From NCBI GenBank assembly GCA_963843145.1, contig CAWJJC010000010.1, positions 1-64,000 of the forward strand: a DNA stretch of 64,000 nt, written 5' to 3'. Shown piece by piece: positions 60,787 to 64,000 of the stretch. Under the pieces are notes generated by a model that was not told where the DNA came from, did no database searches, and saw nothing but the letters and a program-made list of their open reading frames with translations. Source of the stretch: an uncultured delta proteobacterium (GTDB lineage: Bacteria > Desulfobacterota > RBG-13-43-22). How positions within the stretch are numbered: the first letter of the stretch is position 1; the number at the start of each line of letters is the position of its first letter. Made by a program: the position numbers and the translations under genes.

Positions 60787-62039
60787 ATGATGAAACAAAT
60801 CAAGTTAATGAGCCTGGTCTTGATCTTGTCCTTTTTACTCTGGGGGGGATTGCCTCCGACGAACAAATGCCTGGCGGCGGACTCTTATAATCTCGGAGTC
60901 GCGTTGGGTCTAACCGGCACCGGTGCCCTTTATTCCAAAGACGGTACCGATGCCATTAAGCTGGCCGTCGATGAAATTAATGCCCACGGAGGTTTCTTAG
61001 GGAAAAATCCGATCAAGTTATTCATCAGGGACACTCAGACCAAGCCGGATGTGGGCGTCCGGGAGGCCAAGGACCTGATCCTGCGGGACAAGGTTCGCTG
61101 CGTCCTGGGGAGTTATTCCAGCGCTGTGGCCGTGGCCATCAAACCGGTCTGCCAGGAATATAAAGTGCTTCATATTGCCGCCATCAGCAACTCAGAAAAC
61201 ATCACCCAGGTTAATTTCAGTCCCTACACTTTCTCGGTTGTTCCCAACAGCTACATGCAGGCCAAGGCCGTGGTTTTAGGTGTGGCCCAGTTGGCCAAAA
61301 AGAAAGGCTGGAAGGATTACGTGACCATCGCCTCGGACTACGAGTGGGGCCGATCCACCCAAGAAAGTACGGTAAAACTCCTGAAAGAGGCGGCTCCTAA
61401 TTTGAAGTTAAAAAAGGAATTTTGGCCGCCGCTGGGAGAAACGCAGTTTACCTCCTATATTACGGCCATCATGGCCCAGAAGCCTGACTTTGTAATCGGC
61501 TCGGTGGCCTCTAAGGACAACGTGGCCTGGATGCAACAGGCCAAGGCCTATGGGTTCTTTGATAAAATTCCTTATCCAGGATCATTGATCAGCGTTTCCG
61601 AATTGATTATCGAGGCTAAAACCCTTACCCGGGGTCTGGTGGGGCTGATGCCGGGCACCCTTTTTTGCCCATCTGGATGTCCCCATGATGGCGATTTTGT
61701 TAAACACTTTAAGGCCAAATATGACCGTTATCCCAGTGATTGGGCGGTCATGGAGTATGATGCCGTTTATGCCTTGAAGCAGGGGATCGAGAAGGCGGGA
61801 GGCATCGACTCGGAGAAAGTAAAGGATGCGCTGAAAGGAGCGACCATCAATACCACTCGGGGCAAGCTCTATTTCCGACCGAATAGACAACCAACTGAGC
61901 TGTTCATCTTATATGGGTGTAGTAGCGGATGATCCCAAATATCCTTTCCCCATCTACCATGATCTGGTGAGGTCAAGGGCCCGGATTCCTGGCGTCCTGA
62001 AGCCGAAATTATCGCTGCCCGAAAAGCGAGAAAAAATAA
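60787..62039 (+). CDS. ABC transporter substrate-binding protein, LivJ/LivK (HAAT) type, frameshifted C-half
   Basis: Signal peptide, LAVDEINAHGG, GSYSS, DYEWG, YDAVYAL. Confidence 0.85.
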
Positions 62040-62211
62040 GCGGGCGCTAAAGGACCGCCGGAAGATCGACCGCAGCCCGAGCACGATAAGCGCCGGGCTG
62101 CGGTCGGGGTGGGCCGTTTGAATTCACTTCAAATGGCGGGGGTTTCCCGCCTGAGGCGGGACCCTCCGCCGAGCAGAAAGTCATTTTTGACTTTTTGCGA
62201 GGTTAGCAAAG

Positions 62212-63109
62212 ATGGATATTTCTTTCCTCTGTCGCAATTTTTGAGTGGCTTGGCCCGGGGTGCCATGCTGTTTCTTATCGCCTCGGGCCTGTCCCTCATC
62301 TTTGGGGTAATGAATATTCTTAATTTTGCCCATGCGTCCTTCTGGTTGGTTGGGGCCTATTTTTGCCATACCTTCTGGCCGATGATTGCAAAATTATGAT
62401 TTTGGCGCTATGGGTGAGTATCCTGCTGGCGGCCTTGGCGCCTGGCTGTTATCGGTTGGCTCGTCGAGGTGGTGTTGATCCGCCGGGTTTATAAGCGGGA
62501 ATTTGCCCGAACAACTCCTGCTGACCTATGCCATGGTGCTTGATTTTCGGGGATTTGATAAAATTCATTTGGGGGGTGGAAGACAGATCATCGTCGCCGC
62601 CCATCGTGGACAGGACCCGGTTTTTATCTTTCGGGGTTCCCTTCGATTCTTACTTCATTTTCGTCATTCTGATCGGATTGCCGCTATTTTCCTGGGCCTG
62701 TGGTGGTTTATGAAAAAAACCCGATACGGCCATATTGTCCGGGCCGCGGTCTTCAGCCGGGAGATGGTCAGTGCCTTGGGGATTCCTATCCCCAGGATAT
62801 ATACCGGAGTGTTTGTCTTAGGAATCTTTATCGCCGGTTTAGCCGGGGCCGTTCAGGCCCCGGTGGGATCGATCACCCTCGGCATGGATATGGCGATATT
62901 GTTCAGGCCTTTTGCGTGGTGGTCATCGGCGGGTTCGGAAGTCTTCCGGGTACCCTGGTTGGATCGCTATTGTAGGTGAGATATATTCCTTTTCCATTCT
63001 CTTTTGGCCGGAAGGTGCCCTGGTTCTAATTTTTGTCGTAACCGCCTTTGTCTTGATCATCCGACCCTGGGGATTGTTCGGAACGCCCCATGAGGATATG
63101 AAGAATTGA
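62212..63109 (+). CDS. livH: Branched-chain amino acid ABC permease LivH (multiple frameshifts)
   Basis: LIASGLSLIFGVMNILNFAH, TRYG..RA, VVVIGGFGS, RPWGLFG across frames. Confidence 0.82.
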
Positions 63110-63126
63110 CAGAAGGGATGCTCCTT

Positions 63127-64000
63127 ATGAAGAGAACCTGGTGGCTGGGGTTGCTTATTATCGGCAACCTTATTCCTTCCCTTGATGGTCGGGGAATACT
63201 GGATTCATGTGGCCATTGAAATATTGATTTAGGCCTTTTCGCGGTCAGCTTTAATATGATCTTTGGCTATATGGGCCAACTTAGTTTTGGCCATGCGGCC
63301 TATTTTGGCGTGGGTGCCTATGCCACGGGCCTACTTATGGTCAAGACTTCCGTACCCCTGCCCCTCTGTCTGGCCGCATCCATGATAACCGCGGGGATAT
63401 GGCTTTGATCCTCGGATACTTTTGTGTCCGTCTCACCGGGATTACTTCGCCATCCTGACCCTGGCCTTCGGCCAACTGATGTACTATATCATCTTCCAAT
63501 GGTATTCCTTTACCGGTGGGGACAACGGCCTCCAGGGATCCCCCCGGCGATACTTTTAGGGCCAATTCCTATTACTACTTTACCCTCCTTATTGTCACCG
63601 CGGCCCTGGTGGTCATGTGGTTTATCAGTGAATCCCCTTTCGGGTATACCATGCGGGCCATTCGGGATAACACCGACCGGACGCGGTTTATCGGCATCCA
63701 TGTCCGAAAATACATGCTTATTAACTTTGTGGTTGCCGGGATGTTTGCCGGCTTGGCTGGCGGCCTTTGGGGACCCTTTAACCGGAGTATCGCCCCTGAT
63801 CTTTGCAACTGGCACCAGTCCGGAATCCCGGTGTTCATGACCGTTATCGGAGGCCTATGGGCTTCTTGGGGCCTATGGTCGGGTCGGTGATTTACACCTT
63901 CCTCATGGCCTTTGTCACCGGGTTTACCGAATACTGGCCCCTGGTTATTGGGCTGGTCATTATGTTCGTCGTCCTCTTTGTACCCGGCGGAGTTCTCGGG
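63127..64000 (+). CDS. livM: Branched-chain amino acid ABC permease LivM (frameshifted, runs off window)
   Basis: GYMGQLSFGHAAYFGVGAY, YFAILTLAFGQ, SPFG..RAIRDN. Confidence 0.8.

Noticed and set aside
62066-62172. Strong hairpins after the ABC binding-protein gene as ncRNA or riboswitch
   Set aside because: Position fits ordinary intercistronic stabiliser/terminator hairpins; no conserved RNA motif recognised

Overview
GC-rich (with AT-rich patches) bacterial DNA whose gene content (TRAP and Liv transporters, CaiB/BaiF CoA-transferases, aldehyde:ferredoxin oxidoreductase, cydAB, superoxide reductase, sigma54 activator, Tim44 protein) suggests an anaerobic Desulfobacterota/Deltaproteobacterium (inference). 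Many genes carry single-base frameshifts (probably long-read assembly error), and short gene remnants are scattered throughout. The most notable part is a minus-strand accessory island at ~39-52.6 kb. It starts with a sigma70 promoter overlapped by an ACTGACA-N6-TGGCAGT palindrome, followed by a DUF2779 (Cas4-like + RNase H-like) nuclease and an HTH-WYL regulator. These run straight into an integrase-less array of attC-bounded cassettes (Nmad3 protein, PD-(D/E)XK nuclease). The array is broken by an IS91 remnant sitting at an attC core, a four-gene IS21-like element with non-canonical TA ends, and a divergent truncated dnaE that is itself followed by another attC. Outside the island, the DedA-rhodanese gene has an in-frame UGA in its CxC active-site loop with a SECIS-like hairpin, making it a probable selenoprotein missed by the ORF track. 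No rRNA, tRNA or CRISPR array was recognised.
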